The notes: a model not told the origin generated them from the letters alone. A stretch of DNA of 64,000 nt from Hypanus sabinus (GCF_030144855.1 NC_082714.1:93682001-93746000); one strand, 5' to 3'. Positions 35,917 to 48,749 are shown, counted from the first letter of the stretch. Program-made: numbers and translations.

Positions 35917-36245
35917 CTCCAACTAGGAGCGTGGATCCTTTCACAAACGGCGAATAGCTATCCATTCCAGAACAGTAGTAGGAACCTGAATCCTCCACAC
36001 GGACGTCCCGGATTTCCAGCACTGATGTGTGATCGCCAGAGCCTTTTTTGTAAGTGGTCCTACAGCCTGTCTTTCGGCAGTCCGTGGATTGATCTGCACC
36101 GGGGGTTCTTCCGCACGCTGTTTGTACCAGAACACATTGCTTGCGACCTCCACTCTGTACGTGAGTTCACAGGAGAGTTCAACCGTCTGACCGACATGTG
36201 CAGTGACTACAGCCGGACTCTCAGAAAACGGCTTGGGTTCTGCAA
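35917..36245 (-). CDS. Gene B germline-joined VJ exon with frameshift
   Basis: aattccag| ESPAVVTAHVGQTVELSC..VFWYKQ.. [frameshift near 36085-36095] ..SVLEIRDVRVEDSGSYYC SGMDSYSP FVKGSTLLVG |gtaag; 329 nt. Confidence 0.9.
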
Positions 36246-36908
36246 CTGGAATTATTATCAGTTAATTAAAACTACTATGGAATCAAACGAAGTCGGATTA
36301 AACACATTGCCCATAGTTTATAATGCACCGTCATTTTAGTTTGTACTTATTGGTTAACGTATCTCAGCAACACCCAACGGTCGACCAGAAGGAAAATACA
36401 CGTTAACTAGGTCAAAATTTTAAGAGTTTTCCTTTATTCATTTACAGGATCTGTAGCCGGCAAAATCAGCTTGTTCATCATTCCGCAGGTGACCTTAAAT
36501 CGAGAAGTTTGATGGGCATTTCCGGCAGGGCTCGCCAAACATTCTGAATTGAGTTTGGCGTTACATACGAGGCACAGAGAATCAGTGCGCCAGATACGCA
36601 TCACCAATAGAAAATGAGTGAGACTTAGCGAAAAAGTTATTTAGAATTTATTTAGGTAGTTTTAGAAACAGCATTGATGAGATTCTAGCTTTTTAACCGA
36701 AATTTTTATGATTGTCTAAAATTTATTTCCTCACTCTCTTGGGATGTTTTGATGCCAAAAGCGTGTCGTGTGGGTAACACAATCCCGATCATTGATCTGC
36801 TTTTATGACCGAAAAACATTTCTACTGGGACAACAAACTTGCAAGGTCCCGTTTCTCCCAACATTTCCGTCGATCTTGTTTGGAAATTCTCAAGGCTGAC
36901 TCACGCAC

Positions 36909-36963
36909 CGTAAACACGAAACATCTGAACAGTAACGAACAGGGTCAACGCTTCCATCAACAT
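36909..36963 (-). CDS. Gene B leader exon
   Basis: MLMEALTLFVTVQMFRVY+G |gtgcgt; 55 nt, phase 1; joins the V exon in frame. Confidence 0.65.
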
Positions 36964-37110
36964 CTGGACTCGGGGCGGTAGTCGGCGGCGCTCTGCTCGA
37001 CTCCTCGGAGTCGGACTGATTTCAGCTGCGGCTCTGTGCCGCCTCTTAGCTGCCGTGGATAATGCACAGTGTCGAAGATCCGGGGCGGGGCCTATTCATC
37101 CAACCTGCGC
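36964..37110 (-). promoter_or_regulatory. CpG-rich putative promoter/5' UTR of gene B with GC box
   Basis: CpG-dense stretch directly upstream of the ATG; GGGGCGGGGC at 37082-37091. Confidence 0.4.
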
Positions 37111-37599
37111 CTTGTGCACCAGGTTACAGCGTCTGTTCGGCACAAAATCAAACAACTATGGAGAAGAGTTGAGAAAGTCTGCCATACAGAGCATGGTTTG
37201 ACCATGGCTTCCGAGATGTAGACAAGTATATTGCTGACAAAACCTGCATTCATTTCCTGTTGAATAAATTCCCGCAGAAGCTGGCAATGATCGACTGTGT
37301 GCAGTTACTGCAGCTGCTATTGTAAAGTTACCAGAGAGATTAGAACCAATGACATTGACGGAACACTGATGTACAAGCCTGGATAAATCACATCAGGGAT
37401 GGGAACCTGCAGCGGTGTATTGCCGTACCTGTTACACTTGATCTGCTTGCCTGGGTTCGGGAACAGCTGTTGGAGTTGTTTCGGAGGGCAGCGGCAGTGA
37501 ATTTTGATAGCAGTATTTACAATGGACAATGCAGAGTTCGCCTTGTCGGAATAGCACCGAGAGAGACCAGCAGATAGTATTCCATTGCATTCGTGACCT

Positions 37600-38320
37600 G
37601 TGTTAAGGTAGAAATTGATGGTGCTGTCAAAAAAGTATTACTCGCTCTGGGATTCCAACCTCTGACCTGCTCTTGCAGTCTCTATATCCATAACAACAAA
37701 CGGCGTTTATAATTAATGGTGATTCCTGTGGCGTTGTTGCAATGCTGAGGTTGTGTAAGGCATTGGACTGACAGGAATTATTGTGAGTAGCTTTGGGCCC
37801 GTTATCTAAGGGAGGTCGAAATTCCACTGGAGACGGTTTAGAGGAGGTGCACCAGAATAACCTTCGGAATGAAAGAGTTAGGGTATGAAAAGCGTTTGAT
37901 TGCTCTACGCATGTACTCGCAGGAGTTTAAAAGATGGTGGTGGTGGTGCTGAGGTGGGGCATCTCTACAAAACCTATTAAATATTTAATGGCCTATTCAT
38001 TATGGAGGTGGAGACGATGTTCCCAATTGTGGGAGAGTCTATGACCGGTGGAGGCAACCATAAATTAGCATGACGTCCCTTCAGAACAGTGAAAAGGAGG
38101 AAATTTTTTGCCAGAGGATGCTGAATCTGTGAAACGCATTGACAGAGACAACTGTGGAGGCCATGTATTTAAAGTGGAGATTGATAGCTACTTGATTAGT
38201 AAGAACATCAAAGGCTTCGGGGGCAAGGCAGGTTGAAAGGGAAATAAATGAGACATGATAGAATAGTGGAGCAGGCTCGATATGCTGAATCGCGGAATTC
38301 TGCTCCTGTGTCACATGGTT
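37600..38320 (+). mobile_element. CR1 3' fragment
   Basis: Degenerate RT C-terminus and 3' UTR similar to other CR1 copies in the window. Confidence 0.6.
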
Positions 38321-38849
38321 ACAGGATTACGCAGGATTCGTTGAAATGATATTAATTATCAATGCAGATTCCGTTCGAGATGGTCAGTACTCCAAGAGTA
38401 TGTTTCTCCGGTGTGATATTTTACTTATTTATTTAGGTTTGAACGTTGTTCATATTGCAATTCTCAGGTTCACAGAACGCAACATAGGACAGAGAATATG
38501 AGTTTAATTTCCATAAATATGCTCGTTGCTGGCTGCACTGCCTTTCAATGTGACATATAACATCAATGCTATGAAGGTGACCTTTGTGAAGCAGCGTCCA
38601 CGCTACGTAAACAGGAAACCCACAAAGAAGTTCGAGTTCGGTCACGTTTTCCACCATGACCATTACTGTTGCTGCAACTGCTTACCAGTATTTGAAGAGT
38701 CGGAATATGAAATAGATTCATCGTGAGTGAGTCTGACTGCGATTCCCACAACAGCAGTTGACTGGACGTCTATGATGACAGCATGTCCTCATGCCTTTGT
38801 ATCACTGGCTGATTCGTTTCCTTGTTAATGAATGTCAAATTATTTTTTT

Positions 38850-39700
38850 CAAGATGGCGGCGCGACACAACGCGCAGCGGCCACTCCAGGAATGAATATC
38901 TGTAATCTGTAAGTAGGAGCCGTGTACAATCCTGTTTTGATGGAGACGGACGTGTGAAGCACGGAAAATCATCTGGTGGAACTTTTGAAATGCCTGATTC
39001 CCTGCTGCTGCTACTGTTCGATCGGAAAAATCTCCGGGAGTAAGGCACCGAATCCTCGGCTCTTCCGGTTGCTTGGCGGCCTGTGCCGGGGTCGAAGCGC
39101 TCGGCAGAGATGGTCGGAATCTCGATGTTTTCGGACAGACTCGGAGTTGGCTGTGGTCGGAACTCCCAAATTGCTGTTTTGGCAAGCTGCAGCGCTGGAG
39201 GATAATGGCAGGAAGAGTTTTTTTTCCTTCTACCGTCTGCGTGAGATGATGGGCTGTCGGAACTTTGAGACTTTCTTTTAAACCCTGCATGGACTGCTCT
39301 TTATCAGATTATGGTGTTGCTTTGCACTGTTGAAACTATGTGTTATAATTATGTGTTTTTTGTTAGTTACTCTTATCAATTGTCTGCATTGTTGAAACTA
39401 TCTGTTCACTTTAACTATATGTAACTATGTGGTTTTGTGTATGTCTTATAGCTTTCGGTTTATCTGATGGGTTTGTAGTTCCTTTCTGGGGAACGCAGTG
39501 TAGCGTTATCAGACGGTAGCGTGATATCGATAAGCAGTATCCTCTCCGGACTCTGGATTGGGGATTACCAAACTTTGTGTCGATTTTCTTTTGTGGCCTT
39601 TTTTGTGCTTTTTCGTGATATCATTCCGGAGAACGTTGTCTCATTTTTAACTGCATTGTATTTGTGGTTTCTAAATGACAATAAGCTGAATCTGAAATCT
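38850..39700 (+). mobile_element. Non-autonomous LINE-like repeat (Rex1-like ends)
   Basis: Starts caagatggcggcg.., CpG-rich body, ends ..aaatgacaataagctgaatctgaaatct resembling LINE 3' tails; no coding domain recognised. Confidence 0.35.
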
Positions 39701-40189
39701 GTCTCGAGCACCGATATGGTTCAGGCACGACAGGACCACTTTGGTCCAAATCCAGCAGTTGCGCTTTGAATTCAAAGTTAAACCCAGTTCACTCTTTGTG
39801 CCTCATCTCAAAGTCATCAGTTCTGATGAAGGGCCTCGTTCCGAAATTTTAACTGTTCATCTTTGTCCAAAGAATCTGCCGGAGTTCTGAGTTTTTCAGC
39901 ATTCAGTGATTCCCTAGTTGCGATTTTTATTCTTCTTAATCCCCACTGCATCATAGGCATCTTTACAGAATCTTCTGTCCTGTGCCAGATTTTCAAATTG
40001 TCCCCAGGTGGAGCCCATCTTCGAAGATCTTTGCCCACCCATGGATGTGGCCTTTGGATCTTCTGTTGCTGTATCTGTAGCGAAGCGGTTTTACGGGATG
40101 GGGAGTTAGTCCCATTTCCAAGCCTCAGTATTTTGCAACCAGGTGTGAGGCCGCCCCTGTAGAAGTTCACTGGTGGTTCTGTTTTGCAG

Positions 40190-41660
40190 TAACTCAGAAG
40201 AACATATCAAATAGGAGCAGGAGTAGGCCATCTGGCACGTCGAACCTGCTCTGCCATTCAATAAGGTCATGGCTAACCTGGCCATAGACTCATCTCCACC
40301 TCCCAGCCTTTTCACAATAACCCTTCATTCCGCTGTTATGATAAATATATCCGACCATGTCTTAAACATATTTACTGAGGTAGCCTGCATTGCTTGCTTC
40401 ATTCAGCAGAGAATTCTACAACTCCTTTCCATCATCTCCAAGGCCAGTATATCTTTCCTCACCAATACCATGTACAATTGCAGCATAATCTCACTATTCT
40501 TAAATGCAATCCCCCATCAAGGAAGACCAACATTTCATTTGCCTACTTGATAGGCTGCTGCACCTGAAAACCAATCTTTTGTGATTCAGGTACAAACACT
40601 CCCAAGTCCCCTTTTACATGCAGAAAGTTTTACCATTCAAATAATAGTTTGCTCTTTAGTCTTTCCTTCCAAAGTTGATCACCCCGCATTTATGAAAATT
40701 GCACATCATCTTCTAGACCTTTCCCCTCTCACTTAACGTATCTATGTCTCTCTGCAGACTTTCTGTATCTTCTGCACAATTTGTTTTTCCACTCAATTAA
40801 TATAATCAGCAAACTTAGATACACTGAGCTCGAATCCCCTCTTCCGGATCGTTACTGTCAATCGTGAATAGTTACGGGCCAAGCACCAATCACTGCGGCA
40901 ACTTGCTCACCATTGATTGCCAACCACAGGAAGACCCATGTACCCAAGTCTCTGCTTTCTATTAGTTAACCAATCCTCTATCAGTTGGTAATACTTCACC
41001 CACAACTCCATGCCTCCTTATCTTACAGATAATTATTCAGCAACTTATCGATCACTTTCTGGAAGTCTAAATAATGAACATCCAACTGCTCCCCTCTATC
41101 CATTGCGCGCCTTAAAAGCCTTTACTGTAAGTTCTGCCATTTCGTTCAGTACCCTGGGATGCATTCCATCAGGCCCACAGGGTTGCTCAGCACTAGCGTT
41201 TCAGTGATAGCTATTGTATCCAGATCCTCACCTCCATTGCATCTGTAACATCTCTTTTCGGCATATTAGCCGTGTCCTTCACTGTGATGACAAACGCAAC
41301 ATAGACCTTCAAAGCATCTGCCATTTCGTCATTACCCAACATCAATTCTCCTTTCTTGTACTCAAAGGGACCTACATTCATTTTATCCGCCTTTTCTGCT
41401 TTATATAGTAAAAAATAACATCCCTTTTTATATGTTGTGCTAGTTAATATTCATAATCTGGCTTCACTTTCGTTATTGTTCGCTGAGTGGTTCTGGTTGC
41501 TTTTTAAAGTGTCCCCAGTATTCCAGTTTCCCACCATTCTCGGCGACATTATATGCACGAGCTTCCAATTTGTTGTCTTCTTTTATTTCCTTGGTTATCC
41601 AAGGCTGGCTCTCCCTTACTTTCCTTGCTTTTAACTGGAGTATACTTCTGTTGAGCACCT
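40190..41660 (-). mobile_element. Degenerate CR1 ORF2 fragment
   Basis: PWIT..IK..IK motif in ORF 41473-42036(-) and collinear RT remnants. Confidence 0.7.
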
Positions 41661-41899
41661 TTCTGTTGAACTCGCTCTTACCTCTCTCCATGTCACCATC
41701 GATATAAGCTACCGTTTCTTCCCTACTCGTGTGATCACCGAGTTTGGTATTAAATCCGCTGCGATTGTTCACCGCCTCGTGCGAGTTCCGCATTGTTCTG
41801 AATCTTAAAGTTTTACATATAGCCCTTAACTCGACAGTGGAGTTATCTGGCACCGTCTTTTGATGTTGTTTCCACAGCAAGCTATTCTTGTGGGGGATG

Positions 41900-42340
41900 A
41901 CCTCCCAGGAGAATGCCACGGAGACCGCGTTATTAGCACTGAGCATGGGTCGATGATTCAAAAGGGGAGCGGTACTGAAAGGGGACCCAATGGTCAGAGG
42001 AACAGTCAGAAATTTTAGTGGACGTGAATAGGACACCCGAATAGTATGCTGCCTCTCAGGTGCTACAGTCAGGGGCGTCTCGAATCGCGTCTAAAAAATT
42101 TGGAAAGCGAGGGAGAACAGACAGATATCTTGGTAAATATTGGCACCAATGAGATAGGAAAGAAAAGCGAAGAGGTCCTGAAAAAGAACTTAGAGAGCTA
42201 GGCGGAAGCTGAGAATCAAGACCTTCCGGGTAGTAATTTCTGGATAGCTGCTTGTGCCATGCGCCAGTGAGGGTAGAAACAGGATGATTTTGCAAATTAA
42301 TGTTCAGATGAGGAGCTAGTGCAGGAACATTGGGATCTCT
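41900..42340 (+). mobile_element. CR1 ORF1 (SGNH esterase) fragment
   Basis: Nucleotide similarity to the 44750-45200 ORF1 esterase region (GDPMVRG..CLSGA..IGTNEIG). Confidence 0.6.
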
Positions 42341-42439
42341 TCTGCTGGAGGAATGATCTGTTGATAATAATATGGTCAGCTGCCTTAATGACTATCACCC
42401 GGTAGCACTCACATCTACAGTGATGAAATGATGAAATGA

Positions 42440-44020
42440 CATGACGAGACTGAACGCCTGCTTCGGCAAGGACCTGGACCAATTTCAATTTGCCTATCGC
42501 CAGAACAAGTCAACGGCAGATGCAATCTCAATGGCTGCTCACACGGCAACCTGGACAATATAGACACCTATGTTGATGGGACGGTGTAGAGGGAGATTCA
42601 CCTATGTCAGGCTTTTGTTCATCGACCACAGCTCAGCATTTAATTTCATCATTCCCACAATCCTGATTGAGCAATTGCAGAACCTGGGCCTCTGTACCTC
42701 TGTCTGCAATTGGATCCTCGATTTCCTAACCGAAACACCACAAACTGTGCCGATTGGTGATATCAGCTCCTCCTCGCTGACGATCAACACAGGTACACTT
42801 CAGGGGTGCGTGCACAGCCCACAGCTGTACACTCTATATACACATGACTGGGTTGCTAGGCATAGCTCAAATACCATTCATAAATTTTTGACGATACAGC
42901 CATTTTTGCTAGAATCTCAGCTGGTGACGAGACGGTGGACAGGAGTGAGATATGTCAATTAGTGGAATGGTGTCGCAGCAGTAACCTGGCACATGACGTC
43001 AAGAAGACGAAAGAGCTGATTGTGGGCTTCCTGAAGTGTAAGACGAAGGAATACATGCCAATCCTCATAGAGGGATCAGAATTGGAGAGAGCGAGTAGTT
43101 TAAACTGCCTGTGTGTCAAGATCTCTGAGAATCTAACCTGGTCCCAACATATCGATGCAGTTATAACGAAGACAAGAAAGCGGAAATACTTCATTAGGGC
43201 TTTGAAGAGATTTGGTTTGTCAACAAATACACTCAAACACCTGTATAGATGTAACATGGAGAGCATTCTGACAGGCTACATCACTATCTGGTATGGGTGG
43301 GGGCGTGGCTGTTGCACAGGACCGAAAGAAGCTGCAGAGGGTAGATTTAGTCTGCTCTATCTTGGGTACTAACCAACAAAATACCCAGGACGTTTACAAG
43401 GGGCGGTGTTCCAGATATGCGGCATCCATTATTAAGGATCCCCAGCACGCAAAAAATGCCCCTTTCCCACTGTTACCATCGGATAGGAGGAACAGAAGCC
43501 TGAAGACACGCACTCAGAGATTTAGGAACAGCTTCTTCCCGCTTGGTGTCGCAATAATATCCAGCTCCGGACTCCGGAGCGAAGCTTCCCGAGTTCGAAT
43601 CCAAATCGTGTTCAGAGTCAAGCTGGCTGCTCGGCCTCGGAAAAACAAGAATAGCTTGCGACGGAAACAATATCAAAAGACGGTTCCAGATAGCTCCACT
43701 GCCGAGTTAGGGGTTATTCTTCTTCTTCTTCCAGCACCCAGGGCATACCCTTTTCTCACTGTTACCATCCGATAGGACGTACAGAAGCCTAAAGACGCAG
43801 CGATACCTCCCCTCTGCCATTCGATTACGAAATGGACATTGAACCCTTCGACACTACCTGACTTTTCAATATATATTATCTCTGCTTTTGCTCGATTTTT
43901 AATCTATTCAACATGCGTTCACCGTAATTGATTGATTTATTTATTATCATAATATTATTCTGTTTGTTTTCTGTTATATTATGTATTTCATTGAATTGCT
44001 GCTGCTAAGTTAACATATTT
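42440..44020 (+). mobile_element. Rex1/Babar-clade LINE, RT and 3' end
   Basis: ORF 42570-42962 [46 protein letters not shown]; ORF 42935-43372; PLLPSDRRNRSLKTRTQRFRNSFFP. Confidence 0.9.
43541..43730 (+). mobile_element. tRNA-derived SINE with (TTC)n tail inserted in the Rex1 element
   Basis: Pol III B box GAGTTCGAATCC at 43591-43602; (TTC)n tail 43717-43731; partial inverted copy at ~41822-41890. Confidence 0.65.
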
Positions 44021-44039
44021 CATGTCAAATGTCTAATGT

Positions 44040-47000
44040 TTGGAGATGGACGTCGGAAGATTAGAACGGGAGTGCAGCGGGAGCCATCTTGAATTTTTCT
44101 TATTCTCATTGGAGTTAAGAGAGGCAGGACTGCGCAGGTGTATGACGGCGGGTAGTGAATCGTGGAAGATTTAAAATGGCCACGGCCTTATACAGCGGGC
44201 AGCGTAGTGAACCGGGAGCAGAATGAGGGCTTAAGGGCTTGGTCTCAACGGATTAGGCGGAAGAGGGCAAAGCAAAGTAGGTTTAGGTTTCAATTCTTCC
44301 TGTTATTTGAGGAAAGAGGGAGTTATGAGTGTGAGGGCAGCTTGTTATTCTCGGTGTCGGATGTGGGAGATCCTGGAGTCTTCTAGCCACCCGGAAGTCC
44401 ACATCTGCGCCAGATGCGCAGAGCAGCAGCTCCTAAGGGACAGTGTTAGGGAACGGGAGCTACAGCTCGATGACCTTCGTCTGGTTAGGGACAGTGAGGA
44501 GTTGATAGAGAGCAGTTGCAGGCAGGTAGTCACACCATGGCCACGGGAGGCAGACAGGTGGGTCACGGTTAGGAGGGGGAAGGGGAAGAGTCATGTACTA
44601 GAGAGTACACCAGTGGCTGTACCAATTGACAAAAGTACTCCTGTTTGAGTACTGTTGAGGGGGGTGCAGCCTAGCTGGGGGAAGCAACAGTGGCCGTGCC
44701 TCCGGCACAGAGTCCGGCCCTGTAGCTGAGAAGGATAGGGAAAGGAAGAGTAAGAAAATAGTAATAGGGGACTCTATAGTTAGGGGGCAAGATAGGCTAT
44801 TCTGTGGACGCGATCAGGAGACCCGGACGGTAGTTTGCCTCCCTGGTGCCAGGGTTTGGAATGTTTCTGATCGCGTCCAAGATATCCTGAAGTGGAAGGG
44901 TGAGGAGCCATAGGTCATGGTACATATCGGTACAAATGACATAGGTAGGTAAAGGGGAGAGGTCCTGAAAGGACAATATAAGGAGTTAGGAAGACAGTTG
45001 AGAAGAAGGACCACAAAGGTAGTAATCTCGGGATTACGCGACAGTGAGAGCAGGGATGGAATGAGGTGGAGGATAAATGCGTGGCTGAGAGGCTGGAGCA
45101 GGGGGCAGGGATTCAAGCTTCTGGATCATTGGGACCTTTTTTGGGGCGGGTGTGACCTGTACAAAAAGGATGGGATTCAATTGAATCCTAGGGGGACTAA
45201 TATCCTGGCGTGGAGATTTGCTAAGGGTACTGGGGAGACTTTAAACTGGAAGGTTTGCGGGGGGGGGATCAATTTGAAGAGACTAGGGGAGAAGAGGTTA
45301 GTTCACAAATAGAGAAAGCTAGTAGATAGTGAGGGAGAGAGGATAGGCAGATGATAGAGCAGGGGCGCTCTCAGACCGAAGATGTAGGGCAGAAGGAAGA
45401 AAAAGATAATAAAGTTGATCGCATCGTTAGGGATAAACAGAGAGGAAGAGATGAAAGAGGTGGAGTGTTTCTTAAATGCATCTATGTTAATACCAGGAGC
45501 ATTGTAAGAAAGGTGGATGACCTTAAAACATGGATTGATACCTGGAAATATAATGTTGTAGCTATTAGTGAAACATGGTTTCAGGAGGGGTGTGAATGGC
45601 AACTAAATATTCCTGGATTTCATTGCTTCAGGTGTGATAGAATTGGAGGGGCAAGAGGAGGAGGTGTTCCATTTCCTGTCCGAGAAAATATTACAGCAGT
45701 GCTTTGGCAGGATAGATTAGGGGGCTCATCTAGGGAGGCAATTTGGGTGGAATTGAGGAATGGGAAAGGTGTAGTAACACTTATAGGGGTATATTATAGA
45801 CCACATAATAGGGAGCGAAAATTGGACGTGCAAATTTGTAAGGAGATAGCTGATATTTGTAGTAAGCACAATGCTATGATTGTGGGAGATATTAGTTTTC
45901 CACACATAGACTGCGAAGCCCATTCTGTAAAAGGGCTGGATGGCTTGGAGTTTATAATATATGTGCAGGATAGTTTTTTGCAGCAATACATAGAGGTACC
46001 GACTAGAGAAGGGTCAGTGTTGTATCTCCTGTTAGGGAATGAGATAGGTCGGGTGACAGACGTATATGTTGGGGAGCACTTCGGGTCCAGTGATCACAAT
46101 ACCATTAGTTTCAATATAATTATGGAGGATAGGACTGGACAAGGGTTGAGATTTTTGATTGGAGAAAGGCTAACTTTGATGAGATGCAAAAGGATTTAGA
46201 AGGAGTGGCTTGGAACAATTTGTTTTATGGGAAGGATGTTAGGTTGAAATGAAAGGTTAAACGTTTGAGTGCGCCATTGTTTTCAAGGGATATGTGTAAC
46301 TTGCTTCGGAAAAAGAAGGAGATCTACAATAAATATAGGCAGCATGAAGTAAATGAGGTGCTCGAGGAATATAAAGAATGTTAAAAGAATCTTACGAAAG
46401 AAATTAGATAAGCTAAAAGAAGATACAGGGTTACTTTGGCAAGTAAGGTGAAAATAAATCCGAAGGGTTTCTACAGTTATATTAATAGCAAAAAGGATAG
46501 TGAGGGATAAAATTGGTCCGTTAGAGAATCAATGTGGACGGCTATGTGTGGAGCTGAAAGAGATGGGGGAGATTTTGAACAATTTCTTTTCTTCGGTATG
46601 CACTAAGGAGAAGGATATTAAATTGTTTAAAGTAAGGGAAACAATTAGGGAAGTTATAGAAACTATGACGATTAAAGAGGAGGAAGTACTGACGCTTTTA
46701 AGGAATGTAAAAGTGGATAAATCTCCGGTTCCTGACAGGATATTCCCTAGGACTGAGGGACGTTGGTGTAGAAATAGCAGGGGCTCGGACGGAAATATTT
46801 TAAAAGTCATTAGAAACGGGGATGGTGCCAGATGATTGGCGTATTGCTCATGTGGTTCCATTGTTTAAAAAGGGTTCTAAGAGTAAACCTAGCAATTATA
46901 GGCCTGTCAGCTTGATTCCCAGTGGTGGGAAAATTAATGGAAAGTATACTTGGAGATGGTATATATAATTATCGGGATAGACAGGTTTTGATTAGGAATA

Positions 47001-48240
47001 GTCAGCATGGATTTGTGCGTGGAAGGTCATGTTTGACAAATTTTATTGAATCTTTGAAGTGGTTACGAGGAAAGTTGACGAGGGTAAAGCAATGGATGTT
47101 GTCTATATGGACTTCAGTAAGGCCTTTGACAAGGTTCCGCACGGAAGGTTAGTTAGGAAAGTTCAAACGTTAATGGATTCAACAGTGGCTAGATGGGAGA
47201 TGCCAGAGAGTAGTGGTGGATAATTGTTTGTCATGTTGGAGGCCGGTGACTAGTGGTGTGCCTCAGGGATCTGTATTAGGGCTAATGTTGTTTGTCATAT
47301 ACATTAATGATCTGGATGATGGAGTGGTAAATTGGATTAGTAAGTATTCAGATGATACTAAGGTAAGTGGCGTTGTTGATAATGAAGTAGGTTTTCAAAG
47401 CTTGCAGAAAGATTTAGGCCAGTTAGGAGAGTGGGCTGAGCGATGGCAGACTGAGTTTAATTCTGATAAATGTGAGGTGCTACATTTTGGTAACAATTAT
47501 CCAAATAGGTTGTACATGATAAATGGTAGGGCATTGGAGAATGCAGTAGAACAGAGTGATCCCTGAAGGTGTAATTTCACGTGGATAGGGTGCTGAAGAA
47601 AGCTTATGGTATGCGGGCCTTTATAAATCAGAGCATTGAGTATAGGAGGTGGGATGTAATGTAAAAAAAAATACATGGCATTGTTATGGCCGATTTTGGA
47701 GTATCGTGTACAGTTCTGGTCACCGAATTATAGGAAAGATATCAACAACATAGAGAGGGTAGAGAGAAGATTTACTAGAATGTTACCTGGGTTTCAGCAC
47801 CAAAGTTACAGGGAAATGTTGAACAAATTAGGTCTTCATTCTTTGGAGAGTAAAAGGTTGAGGGAGGACTTGATAGAGGTATATAAAATAATGAGAGGGA
47901 TAGATCGAGGTGACGTTGATAGGCTTTTTCGATTGAGAGTAGGGGAGATTCAAACAAGAGGACAGGATTTGAAAGTTAAGGGGCAAAAGTTTAAGGGGGG
48001 GGGCATTTCCTTACTCAGAGAGTTGTAGCTGCGTGTAATGAGCCTCCAGTAGAAGTGGTAGAGGCAGGTACCGTATTGTCATTTAAAGTAAAATTGGACA
48101 GGTATATGGACAGGAAAAGAATGGAGGGTTATGAGCTGAGTGCGGGCCAGTGGGACTATGTGCAGGTAAGCGTCGGCACGGCCTAGAAGGGCCGAGATGG
48201 CCTGTTTCCGTGCCGTAATTATTATATAGTTATATGGTTA
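44040..48240 (+). mobile_element. Near full-length CR1 LINE (ORF1 zinc finger + SGNH esterase; ORF2 APE + RT), multiply frameshifted
   Basis: CYSRCRMWE..HICARC; GDSIVRG/PGA/HIGTNDIG esterase blocks; ORF 45351-46199 (APE); GVPQGSVLG..YINDLD..KYSDDTK (47213-47566); 3' tail ..tatatggtta. Confidence 0.92.
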
Positions 48241-48749
48241 TAGGCCGGTGATAATAATCCTGATTCTGATTCAAAAGGTGTACGTGAATCAAAGGGGGAC
48301 CAATATGTCTGCCAGTAGGTTTGCCAGAGCTTTTGCGAAGGTTTAAACAAAATTGGGCGTGGTGGGTGGGGGGTGGTGGCAGGTTGAATTTGAGGTGAAG
48401 GGATCCAGGATTGGACGGATGGTGGAAAAGCAAAGATAATGTGCAGTCAGCGTGCAGGAAGGGAAGGCAGATGATAGGATATAATTACTGACAGTAGGGT
48501 GAGTATCAGTGTATTAGGGATGCAGAATCAAAAAGGGTAACAAATACACCACTTAATGCACAGAGTATAAGAAATAAGTAGATGATTTGTAGCTCTGTAA
48601 CATATTGCCAGGTATGGCAGTTACAATATAGTGGCTGAAGGATCGTTGTAGTCGGAAGTAGAATGAGGGTGAGTTTCTCATATTTTATCTCTCCTCCTTG
48701 GATGAAACCCATACCCCATTAATTAATGAAACCATATTGTATTGTGTCT

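Larger units (their letters stand above)
32572..36963 (-). pseudogene. Gene B: VJ-C1-TM-cytoplasmic ITIM receptor (1-nt deletion in V exon as assembled; pseudogene, null allele or assembly error)
   Basis: Exons 36963-36909 (L), 36245-35917 (VJ), 35833-35513 (C1), 35336-35211 (TM candidate), 32930-32881 (cyt) and 32634-32572 (terminal, ILYASL); splice phases are mutually compatible. Confidence 0.8.

Noticed and set aside
38433-38726. Olfactory-receptor-like (NVTELELLCGFP..HLHS), GPCR TM6-like (CWL..PFNV) and LIM-like (FHHDHYCCCNC) snippets
   Set aside because: Motif spacings are wrong, the hints fall on opposite strands, and there is no multi-TM or full zinc-finger pattern.
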